Of a DNA stretch of 64,000 bases, positions 49,021-57,711 are shown piece by piece. This stretch comes from an uncultured Bacteroidales bacterium (lineage in GTDB: Bacteria; Bacteroidota; Bacteroidia; Bacteroidales; UBA7960), in assembly GCA_964477035.1 (NCBI GenBank), contig CAYZCW010000003.1, positions 189,231 through 253,230 on the forward strand, given 5' to 3'. Both the position numbers and the translations under genes were made by a program. Within the stretch, counting starts at the first letter, position 1. Each line of letters begins with the position of its first letter. A model generated the notes under the pieces. It saw nothing but the letters and a program-made list of their open reading frames with translations, did not search any database and was not told the DNA's origin.

Positions 49021-50192
49021 TGGAGGACTTGCCCCAAAGGCTGATTCCCTGGATCGGGGAGATCCGGCAGGCGGCCGCAGACAGCAAGGCCCTGTGCATC
49101 GCCCTGTTTTCGACCGGAGACCGCAAGCTGGTCCGGGCGAATGCTGCTGCCGTCCACCTGCTTCGGGGCGGAGGTCCCGAACGGCTGGTCAATCCGACTT
49201 TCGACAAGCTGCTGGAATGCCGGGGAAATGAGCCTGCCTATGAAGGGCTCCTCACCCTGGGCGACAACGAAAGCATGAACACCACCATCCAGGCCAAGGT
49301 ATTTGTCCGCGATGGGGAAATGCTCATCACGGGAGAGGTCGACCTGCCGCGCATCACGGACCTGAATACAAAGATGGCCCGGATCAACCAGGAAAACAAC
49401 AACCTGCAGCGACAGCTCCTGAAGGAGAAAATCCAGGTGGAGCGCATGATGGAGGAGCTCAGGGAGACCAACCGACAACTCGGGTTGCTGAACCTGGAAA
49501 AGAACCGCTTCCTGAGCATGGCGGCCCACGACCTGCGCAACCCCATATCCACGGCCATTTCCTATGTGGACATCCTGCTCAACAGCGGGGGGCTGTTCCC
49601 GGAAGACAAACGAACAGGCTTTCTGCACACCATCGATGAGCGGCTGAAGTTCTCCCTGAAGCTGATGAACGAACTGCTGGACGTCTCCCGGATCGAGACC
49701 CGGAGCATCCGCCTGGAGGTCCGCGAACACAGTTACCGGGACCTGCTCGAACAGACCATCCGGTTCAACCAGCTGGTGGGGCGGTGGAAGGAGATTTCCG
49801 TCGGATTGGCATGCCCGGGTGATCCGCTGGTATTTGCCTTCGACCGGAATAAAATGGAGCAGGTCCTCAACAACCTGATAAGCAACGCCATCAAATATTC
49901 TCCGAAAGGGTCGAAGGTCCGCATTCAGGTGGACAGGGAAAAGGAAGCGGTCCATACCGCCGTCTGCGACCAGGGCGTGGGGATCCGCGAAGATGAACTG
50001 GAAGGCATCTTCGAACCGTTCCGCAAATCCAGTTCCAGGCCGACCGCCGGAGAGAGCAGCACCGGACTCGGCCTGGCCATCACCAAAAAGATCATTGAAG
50101 AACACGGGGGAGGCATCACGGTGGAAAGCAGCCCGGGCAAGGGATCCTGTTTCCGCTTCACCCTTCCTGTTTCAAGGCCTCCGTCCGGCTGA
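49020..50192 (+). CDS. Soluble sensor histidine kinase with an unassigned N-terminal domain and coiled coil
   Basis: H-box AAHDLRNP, N-box NNLISNAIKYS, DQGVGI, and G2 box STGLGLAI; no TM segment. Confidence 0.9.
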   Translation: MEDLPQRLIPWIGEIRQAAADSKALCIALFSTGDRKLVRANAAAVHLLRGGGPERLVNPTFDKLLECRGNEPAYEGLLTLGDNESMNTTIQAKVFVRDGEMLITGEVDLPRITDLNTKMARINQENNNLQRQLLKEKIQVERMMEELRETNRQLGLLNLEKNRFLSMAAHDLRNPISTAISYVDILLNSGGLFPEDKRTGFLHTIDERLKFSLKLMNELLDVSRIETRSIRLEVREHSYRDLLEQTIRFNQLVGRWKEISVGLACPGDPLVFAFDRNKMEQVLNNLISNAIKYSPKGSKVRIQVDREKEAVHTAVCDQGVGIREDELEGIFEPFRKSSSRPTAGESSTGLGLAITKKIIEEHGGGITVESSPGKGSCFRFTLPVSRPPSG

Positions 50193-50219
50193 CCCGAAAG
50201 GGCGTTACGTCTTTTTAAC

Positions 50220-50227
50220 TATATTTG
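50220..50227 (+). promoter_or_regulatory. -7 promoter element before the PAS-PAS-GAF kinase
   Basis: TATATTTG. Confidence 0.55.
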
Positions 50228-50307
50228 CCTCAGGCCTTGCCAGCCCGGGACACGGGACCGCCAAGGCATACGATCTGCCAGAATCCCGAACCGATAGTTT
50301 GTTGCCC

Positions 50308-52737
50308 ATGGCTGCCACTTTTTCGAACGACCCGAACGACAATGCCGCAGAGGAGCAGATCCTGCGTGACAACGAAGCCCTCTACCGCAACCTCTTCGAA
50401 CACGCCAACGATGCCATCACCATCATGGAAGGGGAGCGTTTTATCAACTGCAACAAGAAGGCCGAGGCCCTGTTCGGAGCCCCCAGGGAGCAGATCATCG
50501 GGAAAACGCCCGGGGATTTCTCCCCCCGCCATCAGGCCGACGGAAGCCTTTCCGAAGCGGCCGCCAGGGAAAAGATTGAAGCCGTGCACCAGGGAAAACC
50601 CCAATTCTTCGAGTGGGTGCATCAGACACTGGACGGACAGCCGTTCAATGCGGAGGTCAGCCTGAACCTCAGTCCGGTCAGGGACCGCAAAATCGTGCAG
50701 GCCATCGTCCGGGATGTGAGTTCGCGAAAGGAACACGAAAAGGCACTCAGGGAGTCCCGGCAGATGCTGCGCACGGTGATCGACACGGTACCGGTCCGGG
50801 TTTTCTGGAAGGACCTGGACCTGAAGTACCTGGGGTGCAACAGGCCGTTTGCCGCCGATGCCGGGCTGGGCCATCCCGATGAGGTGGTGGGCCGAACGGA
50901 TTTTGATATGGGCTGGTCCGATCAGGCGGAGCTGTACCGGCAGGACGACCGGGAGGTCATCCAAAGCAGGCAGCCAAAGCTAGACTATGAAGAGGCCCGG
51001 AGCACCCCTGAGGGTAAAAAAATCTGGCTGAAAACCAGCAAGGTTCCCCTGATGGACTCCGGCGGAAAACCCATCGGGGTCTTGGGAACCTATGAGGACA
51101 TCACGGAAAAGAAGCGTGCGGAACAGGTTCAGCGGGTTTTCTACGGGATAGGTAACACCATGATGCACAGCGAAAACATGGAGTCGCTGATCCAAAAGAT
51201 CCGGGAGTTGCTGGAGGGCCTCATAGACGCCCCCAATTTCTACATCGCCCTGTACGACGAGTCGTCGGGCATGCTCTCCATCCCTTACGAAAAAGACGAA
51301 AAAGACTCCATCGACACCTGGCCTGCCCACCGTTCGGCCACGGGGCTGGTGGTGGAGCAAAAGAAATCCCTCTTGCTGAAGAAAGCAGATGTGGAGCGCT
51401 TGCTGAAAGAAGACGTGATCGACCTGATCGGCACCCCCAGCGAGGTATGGCTTGGCGTGCCCCTTTTCAGCAAGGACAAGGTGATCGGGGCCATCGCCCT
51501 GCAAAGCTACACCGACCCCCACGCCTTCGATGAAAACACCATCCAGATCCTGGAGTTTGTCTCCCACCAGATCAGCCTGGCCATCCAGCGCAAGCAGGCA
51601 GAAAAAGACCTGGTTGGCGCCAAGGAACAGGCCGAGCAGAACGACCGGCTGAAGACCGCTTTCCTTAACAACCTGTCCCACGAGATCCGCACTCCCCTGA
51701 ATGCCATCATCGGTTTTTCCGAGTTCCTGAATGAACCCGGGCTCGACCCCGGACGCATTGCCCACCTGACCGACATCATCTGCAAGAGCAGCAACCAGTT
51801 GCTCGGTATCATTGAGGACATTGTGAACATTTCCAAGATCGAAGCCGGGATCATGGAGGCCTGGGAGAAGGAAACGAACCTGAAAGACTTGTTTGCCAGC
51901 GTTTACAACCAACTTCAGATCAGTGCTTCCGAAAAGGGCCTGCGGTTCAGGCACCATCTCGACCTCAATGAAAGCCAGGCCATGGTACGCACCGACGAAA
52001 CCAAGCTGACGCAGGTAATCAGCAACCTGGTCGACAACGCCATCAAATTCACGGACCAGGGCCATGTGGAGTTTGGCTGCACCCTGAAGGACGGGGAGCT
52101 GCGGTTTTATGTGGCGGATACCGGGCCAGGTATCGACCCTTCGTTACATGATAAAATATTCGAGCGCTTTCACCAGGCAGAGACCGGACACGCCCATACG
52201 AAGGGGGGGATGGGACTGGGTCTGCCCATTTCAAAATCGTTCGTCGACCTGCTGGGAGGGAGGATCTGGCTGGAGTCGAAACCAGGTTCCGGTACGGTGT
52301 TCTTTTTCACCTTGCCATGGAAGCCGGCTGCAGGCAAACGGAACGAAGAAACCGGCACGGAAGCCGCCAGTCTGAAGGTAAGGAAAACCATCCTGGTGGC
52401 CGAAGACGAGGAGAACAACTTCGAGCTCGCCCGGGTGATCCTTTCCATACAGGATGTCGCTCTGCTGCATGCCTGGAATGGTCAGGAAGCGGTGGATCTC
52501 TGCCGCGACCACCCGGAGATCGACCTCGTGCTGATGGACATCAAGATGCCGGGGATGAACGGGTACGACGCCACGCGCATCATCAGGGAAATCAGGCCGG
52601 CCCTGCCGGTCATCGCCATGACGGCCTATGCGCTGCCGGGCGACCGGGAGAAGGCACTGCAGGCCGGATGCAATGATTACCTTGCGAAGCCGGTATCGCT
52701 GAAGGAATTCATGACCATGGTAAAGAAACACCTCTAA
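50308..52737 (+). CDS. PAS-PAS-GAF hybrid histidine kinase with C-terminal receiver
   Basis: Two PAS/PAC domains, GAF (WLGVPL, IGAIALQSY), SHEIRTPLNAI, HATPase and REC (VAEDE, MDIKMP, KP). Confidence 0.92.
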   Translation: MAATFSNDPNDNAAEEQILRDNEALYRNLFEHANDAITIMEGERFINCNKKAEALFGAPREQIIGKTPGDFSPRHQADGSLSEAAAREKIEAVHQGKPQFFEWVHQTLDGQPFNAEVSLNLSPVRDRKIVQAIVRDVSSRKEHEKALRESRQMLRTVIDTVPVRVFWKDLDLKYLGCNRPFAADAGLGHPDEVVGRTDFDMGWSDQAELYRQDDREVIQSRQPKLDYEEARSTPEGKKIWLKTSKVPLMDSGGKPIGVLGTYEDITEKKRAEQVQRVFYGIGNTMMHSENMESLIQKIRELLEGLIDAPNFYIALYDESSGMLSIPYEKDEKDSIDTWPAHRSATGLVVEQKKSLLLKKADVERLLKEDVIDLIGTPSEVWLGVPLFSKDKVIGAIALQSYTDPHAFDENTIQILEFVSHQISLAIQRKQAEKDLVGAKEQAEQNDRLKTAFLNNLSHEIRTPLNAIIGFSEFLNEPGLDPGRIAHLTDIICKSSNQLLGIIEDIVNISKIEAGIMEAWEKETNLKDLFASVYNQLQISASEKGLRFRHHLDLNESQAMVRTDETKLTQVISNLVDNAIKFTDQGHVEFGCTLKDGELRFYVADTGPGIDPSLHDKIFERFHQAETGHAHTKGGMGLGLPISKSFVDLLGGRIWLESKPGSGTVFFFTLPWKPAAGKRNEETGTEAASLKVRKTILVAEDEENNFELARVILSIQDVALLHAWNGQEAVDLCRDHPEIDLVLMDIKMPGMNGYDATRIIREIRPALPVIAMTAYALPGDREKALQAGCNDYLAKPVSLKEFMTMVKKHL

Positions 52738-52748
52738 GCCCCCAGCTC

Positions 52749-55250
52749 ATGGCCCGGATCCGTCTGATCATGTTTCTGCTGGCTGCCATTTCCCTGGCCC
52801 CGGAGTGGGTAGCCGCCCGGCAGCCGGGCTACCGTCCCGACATCCCTGACACCATCCTGGTCAAGGGGGACCACTACTACCCTCCCTATGAGTTCATCAA
52901 CGAACAGGGGGCGCCGGATGGTTTCAACGTGGAACTGTTTGAGGCCCTGGCCAGGGACCTGGGGCTCACCTATAAGCTGGAGCTCGGCCCCTGGAGCCAG
53001 GTCCGGGAGGAGCTGGAGGCAGGCCGGATCCATGTCATCATGGGACTGATGTCCTCTCCGGGGCGGGCGGAGAAAATGGATTTCGGCATCCCGCACAGCG
53101 TGATGACCCAGGGCATTTTTGCCCGCAAGGGAGACCATTACGCTTCGCTCGACGACCTCCGGGGCAGGGAGGTGGTGGTTCAGGACAAGGACCTGATGCA
53201 TGACATCCTGCTGGAAACCGGACTGGCAGGCGAGATCATCCCCGTCACGGACCAGCTGGAGGCCCTGATGCTGCTGGAGCAGGGACAGCACGATGCGGCC
53301 ATCCTGGGCAACTTCCAGGGAGCCTACCTGATCCGCCGGCACGGGCTGCGAAACGTGGTACTTCAAACCTCCAACCTCGAACCCCGGAAATACGGCATGG
53401 CCGTGCGCAAGGGGGATGCAGAGCTGCTGGCCCTGCTCAACCTGGGGATTTACCAGCTCAAGGTCAGCGGAGAGTACGACCGCCTCTATACCAAATGGTT
53501 CTCGGTGTATGAAGAAAGGGACTTCTGGAAGGAATATGGCCCCTACCTGTTGATCCTGGGGGTCGTTGTCGCCGGACTGGCCCTGTTTAACCTGCTGCTG
53601 CGCCGGCAGGCGAAACGCATTACAGCAAAACTCCGTGAAAGCGAAAGCCGTTACAGCAATGTGTTTAAGAACAACCATGCGGTGATGCTGCTGGTCGACC
53701 CGGACGACGGGCGCATCGTCGATGCGAACCCCGCCGCGGAAAAGTTCTACGGCTGGCCGCGGGAAGAACTGTTGGAGATGTTCATGCACCAGATCAACAC
53801 CCTGCCCCCCGAGGCAGTCCAGGCCGAAATCAGGAAAGCCAGGGACCAGCAAAAAGACCGCTTCAGGTTCCGGCACCGCCTGGCCGGCGGGGAGGTCCGG
53901 GACGTGGAGGTGTTCAGCGGCAGGATCCCCTTCGGGGGCAAGGCCCTGCTGTACTCCATCGTCAACGATGTGACGGACCAGATCAAGGCGGAGCAAACCA
54001 TCCGGAAACGAACAGAGGAGTTATCCACCCTGCTGTCTGTCAGCCAGGCCCTGGCTGTCACCAACGACCTGGGCCGGGTTTTCCAGACCATCGTGGAGCA
54101 GGCTGTCGGCCTCCTTAAGCTCGAAACCGCGGCGATCTACCTTCTGGAAGAAGACATGCTTTACCTGGGCGCCACCACCCCGGCCCTGCCGCCGGATTTT
54201 CCGGAAAAACTGCGCAAGGCGCCACTGAGAGACCACCCCATGATCGAAAAGACCCTCTCTTCGAAGCAGCCACTCAGGATCTTTGAAATGGTTGATGAGG
54301 TCCTGACAGAAGCCGAGCGGCAGATCCAGCAGGTGCGTGGGATCCGCTCCATGCTCATGGTGCCCCTGGCGGTCGAAAGCCGGGTGGCCGGGGTACTGGT
54401 CGTCGGAACGCAAAAGTCGACAAGGCATTTCTCCGACCATGAAATCACCCTATACCAGACCATTGCGCCCCAGGCGGCCCTGGTGATCGAAAATGCCAGG
54501 CTTTACAAAAAAAGCCTGCTTTATGCCTCTGAACTGGAGGAGCGCGTCAGTCAGCGCACGGCCCAGCTGGAAGCCTCCAACAAGGAGCTGGAAGCCTTCG
54601 CCTATTCGGTATCGCACGACCTGCGTGCACCGCTTCGGGCCATCGACGGGTTTACCCGCATCCTGCTGGAGGACTACCGGGAGGATATGGACCAGGAAGG
54701 ACAAAGGGTCTGCCGGGTCATCACGGAAAACGCACAAAAAATGGGGCAACTGATCGACGACCTCCTGTCGTTTTCCCGCCTGGGCCGGTCCGAACTGCAA
54801 TGGTACGAGATCGACATGGCCAAAATGGCCCACATGGTATTCCACGAGCTGTCGCAGGGGATGGATAAGGGCAGGATCGAATTCCTTACAGACCCCCTCC
54901 CGGTGGTTCAGGGGGACCCCACCATGATGAAACAAGTCTGGAGCAACCTGATCGGCAATGCCCTGAAGTTCACCGCCAGGGAAGCGAAGGCGCGCATCCG
55001 CATCCATGCTCAGGAAAATGACGGTCAGCCTGTTTTTGTCGTAGAGGACAATGGGGTGGGCTTCGACGGGCAGTATGCTGAAAGGATATTCGGTGTCTTC
55101 CAGCGGCTGCACCCGGAGAGGGAGTTCCCGGGAACGGGTGTCGGGCTGGCCATTGTGCAGCGGATCATCCACCGCCACGGGGGAGCAGTCCGCGCGGAAG
55201 GGGAGCCCGGGAAAGGGGCGAAATTCTTTTTCTCCGTCCCGGTCCGATAA
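52749..55250 (+). CDS. SBP_bac_3 periplasmic-PAS-GAF histidine kinase (Cph1-like kinase core)
   Basis: Signal peptide, YYPPYEF, TM helix, PAS, GAF, AYSVSHDLRAPLR, NLIGNALKF and GTGVGLAIV. Confidence 0.92.
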   Translation: MARIRLIMFLLAAISLAPEWVAARQPGYRPDIPDTILVKGDHYYPPYEFINEQGAPDGFNVELFEALARDLGLTYKLELGPWSQVREELEAGRIHVIMGLMSSPGRAEKMDFGIPHSVMTQGIFARKGDHYASLDDLRGREVVVQDKDLMHDILLETGLAGEIIPVTDQLEALMLLEQGQHDAAILGNFQGAYLIRRHGLRNVVLQTSNLEPRKYGMAVRKGDAELLALLNLGIYQLKVSGEYDRLYTKWFSVYEERDFWKEYGPYLLILGVVVAGLALFNLLLRRQAKRITAKLRESESRYSNVFKNNHAVMLLVDPDDGRIVDANPAAEKFYGWPREELLEMFMHQINTLPPEAVQAEIRKARDQQKDRFRFRHRLAGGEVRDVEVFSGRIPFGGKALLYSIVNDVTDQIKAEQTIRKRTEELSTLLSVSQALAVTNDLGRVFQTIVEQAVGLLKLETAAIYLLEEDMLYLGATTPALPPDFPEKLRKAPLRDHPMIEKTLSSKQPLRIFEMVDEVLTEAERQIQQVRGIRSMLMVPLAVESRVAGVLVVGTQKSTRHFSDHEITLYQTIAPQAALVIENARLYKKSLLYASELEERVSQRTAQLEASNKELEAFAYSVSHDLRAPLRAIDGFTRILLEDYREDMDQEGQRVCRVITENAQKMGQLIDDLLSFSRLGRSELQWYEIDMAKMAHMVFHELSQGMDKGRIEFLTDPLPVVQGDPTMMKQVWSNLIGNALKFTAREAKARIRIHAQENDGQPVFVVEDNGVGFDGQYAERIFGVFQRLHPEREFPGTGVGLAIVQRIIHRHGGAVRAEGEPGKGAKFFFSVPVR

Positions 55251-55335
55251 ATATGGTGGTTCAACCACAAATTTTATGTAATTTTCGAACAAATCCGTGA
55301 CCGTGGGTCCCGGAGCGCCCTAATAAACCGATCTC

Positions 55336-55782
55336 ATGGAACAATTCAACCCAGTAGACATCCTGATCGTGGAAGACAACCCGGCCGACTCGGAACTGAT
55401 GATCCGGGCACTTAAAAAGGACCATCTGGCCAATAACATTTTCCTGGCAGAAGACGGGGAGGAGGCCCTCGATTTCATCTTCTGCCGTGGCATTTACCAG
55501 GGGCGGCAAATGACCGCACCCCCCAAGGTGGTGTTCCTGGACCTGAAGCTGCCCAAGAAAAACGGGCTGGAGGTCCTGGAACAGATCAGGGCCCAGGAGT
55601 CCACCCGGAGGATCCCGGTGGTGGTGGTTTCCTCTTCCCGGGAGGATCCCGACATCGAAAAAGCCTATGCCCTGGGAGCCAATGCCTATGTCGTCAAACC
55701 GGTCAATTTCGATGACTTCCTGACCGCCATGCGGCAAACCGGTTTTTTCTGGATGGTCGTGAACGAAGCCCCTTCGCCATGA
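55336..55782 (+). CDS. Single-domain Rcp1-type response regulator
   Basis: ILIVEDNPAD, LDLKLPKKNGLEVL, SSSRE..DIEKAY.LGAN.YVVKP. Confidence 0.92.
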   Translation: MEQFNPVDILIVEDNPADSELMIRALKKDHLANNIFLAEDGEEALDFIFCRGIYQGRQMTAPPKVVFLDLKLPKKNGLEVLEQIRAQESTRRIPVVVVSSSREDPDIEKAYALGANAYVVKPVNFDDFLTAMRQTGFFWMVVNEAPSP

Positions 55783-57698
55783 GTGACATCATAAAGATTC
55801 TGATCGCGGAAGACGTGCCCAGCGATGCCGACCTGGCAAAAAGGGAGATTTCAAAGGCGGTTTCCGCCCCGGTGGAATTCCTGCGCGTGGAGGACCGGGA
55901 AGCCTTCAAGAGGGCGGTCACGGAGTTCACCCCCGATGTCATCGTATCGGACTACCAGATGCCGGCCTTCAATGGCATGGAAGCCTTGAATATCACCCTG
56001 AAACTGGCGCCCCACATCCCGTTCATCATGCATACCGGCTCCATGAACGAAGACTTCGCCGTGGAGTGCATGAAGGCAGGGGCCACCGACTACGTGATCA
56101 AGGAGCACATGAAGAGGCTGGGGCCGGCTGTGTTAAGAGCACTGGATATCAAAACGATACGCGCAGACAGCCAGCAGGCGCAAAGGAAGCTGGCCGAGAG
56201 TGAACAACGATTCAGGAGGCTGGCCGACAATGCCGATGACCTTATCTACCGCATCGAACTCTTTCCCGAAAGACGGTTTTCTTATGTGAGCCCTTCCTCG
56301 GTAAGGGTCACCGGATACACCCCGGAGGAGCACTATCTGGATCCGGACCTGAGCCTCAAGCTGGTGCACCCGGACGACCGGGATCTCCTGAAGCCCGGAC
56401 CCACGGAAGAGGCCATACGCCGGCCGGTCATCCTTCGCTGGATCAGGAAAAATGGGACGGTGGTATGGACCGAGCAAAGGAATGTGCCGGTCTACGATGC
56501 CGATGGCCGGCTGGTTGCCCTGGAAGGCATCGCCCGCGACATCACCGAGCGCAAACAGGCCGAGGAGGAGCTCAAGGCCGCCAAGGAAAAAGCCGAGGAA
56601 AGCGACCGCCTCAAAACCGCCTTTCTGAACAACCTGTCGCACGAGATACGGACCCCCCTGAACGCCATCGTGGGGTTTTCCGAGTTCCTGAACGAACCGG
56701 GCCTGGACCAGGACCAGATCCGACGGTTCACGGCCACCATCCGGAGCAGCAGCGACCAATTGCTGTCCATCATCGACGACATTGTCAACATCTCCAAAAT
56801 TGAAGCCGGGCTGCTGGACCGTTTCGAAAATGAATGCCACATCAACAAGTTGCTGGAAAAGGTCTACGGAAAGCTGCAGGTCAAGGCCGCCGAAAAGCTC
56901 ATCAAGTTCCGTTACCATTCCGCCCTCAGCGAAAAGGAAAGCCGGGTCATCACCGACCAGAACAAGCTGGAAACGATCCTTATGCATCTGATCGGCAATG
57001 CCATCAAATTCACCCGTGAGGGACATGTGGAATTTGGCTGCTCCCTGAAGGACAATGCCCTGCGTTTCTATGTCGCCGATACCGGGAGCGGGATCGACCC
57101 GGCCCTGCAGGACACCGTGTTCCAGCGGTTTCAACAGGTCCATACAGACCGGACCTCGGTCAGCAGCGGCATGGGCCTGGGCCTGCCGATCGCCAAATCG
57201 TTCGTGGAATTGCTGGGGGGACGGATCTGGCTGGAGTCCAATCCGGGAACCGGTACAGTGGCTTTCTTCACCATCGAATGGAGCCCGTTGGAGCAATCCG
57301 GCCAGCCGGTTGCAAAACCCGGGCAGGATAATGGAAACGGCAAGCACACCATCCTGGTGGCCGAGGATGAGGAGAACAATTTTGAACTGCTGAAGGTGAT
57401 CCTGGAATCGGTCGACATGGAGATCCTCCATGCCTGGGACGGCAAACAAGCCCTGGAATTGCTGGGGAAACACCCGGAAGTGGATCTGGTGCTGATGGAC
57501 ATCAAGATGCCCGTCATGGGCGGGTACGAAGCCACGCAACGCATCAAGGAGGAGCGGCCGGAGCTGCCGGTGGTGGCCCTGACGGCCTATGCGCTGCCGG
57601 GCGACCGGGAGAAGGCACTCTCGGCAGGCTGTGACGACTACATGGCCAAGCCGGTTTCCCTGAAGGAGTTCCTGAGCATCGTCAAGAAGCACCTCTGA
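55779..57698 (+). CDS. REC-PAS-histidine kinase-REC hybrid
   Basis: N-terminal REC (SDYQMP), PAS (YVSPS, HPDD), SHEIRTPLNAI, HATPase and C-terminal REC. Confidence 0.92.
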   Translation: MSDIIKILIAEDVPSDADLAKREISKAVSAPVEFLRVEDREAFKRAVTEFTPDVIVSDYQMPAFNGMEALNITLKLAPHIPFIMHTGSMNEDFAVECMKAGATDYVIKEHMKRLGPAVLRALDIKTIRADSQQAQRKLAESEQRFRRLADNADDLIYRIELFPERRFSYVSPSSVRVTGYTPEEHYLDPDLSLKLVHPDDRDLLKPGPTEEAIRRPVILRWIRKNGTVVWTEQRNVPVYDADGRLVALEGIARDITERKQAEEELKAAKEKAEESDRLKTAFLNNLSHEIRTPLNAIVGFSEFLNEPGLDQDQIRRFTATIRSSSDQLLSIIDDIVNISKIEAGLLDRFENECHINKLLEKVYGKLQVKAAEKLIKFRYHSALSEKESRVITDQNKLETILMHLIGNAIKFTREGHVEFGCSLKDNALRFYVADTGSGIDPALQDTVFQRFQQVHTDRTSVSSGMGLGLPIAKSFVELLGGRIWLESNPGTGTVAFFTIEWSPLEQSGQPVAKPGQDNGNGKHTILVAEDEENNFELLKVILESVDMEILHAWDGKQALELLGKHPEVDLVLMDIKMPVMGGYEATQRIKEERPELPVVALTAYALPGDREKALSAGCDDYMAKPVSLKEFLSIVKKHL

Positions 57699-57711
57699 CC
57701 CCCTGGGGTGA

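Noticed and set aside
50193-50307. Riboswitch (c-di-GMP or cobalamin) in the leader of the hybrid kinase
   Set aside because: Only a short cccgaaaggg hairpin and a weak GGGAC..C..AAGGC word are present; the conserved cores are absent.
52749-55250. Bacteriophytochrome call based on the kinase core and the Rcp1 neighbour
   Set aside because: There is no PAS-GAF-PHY module, DIP motif or chromophore Cys; the input is a periplasmic solute-binding domain.
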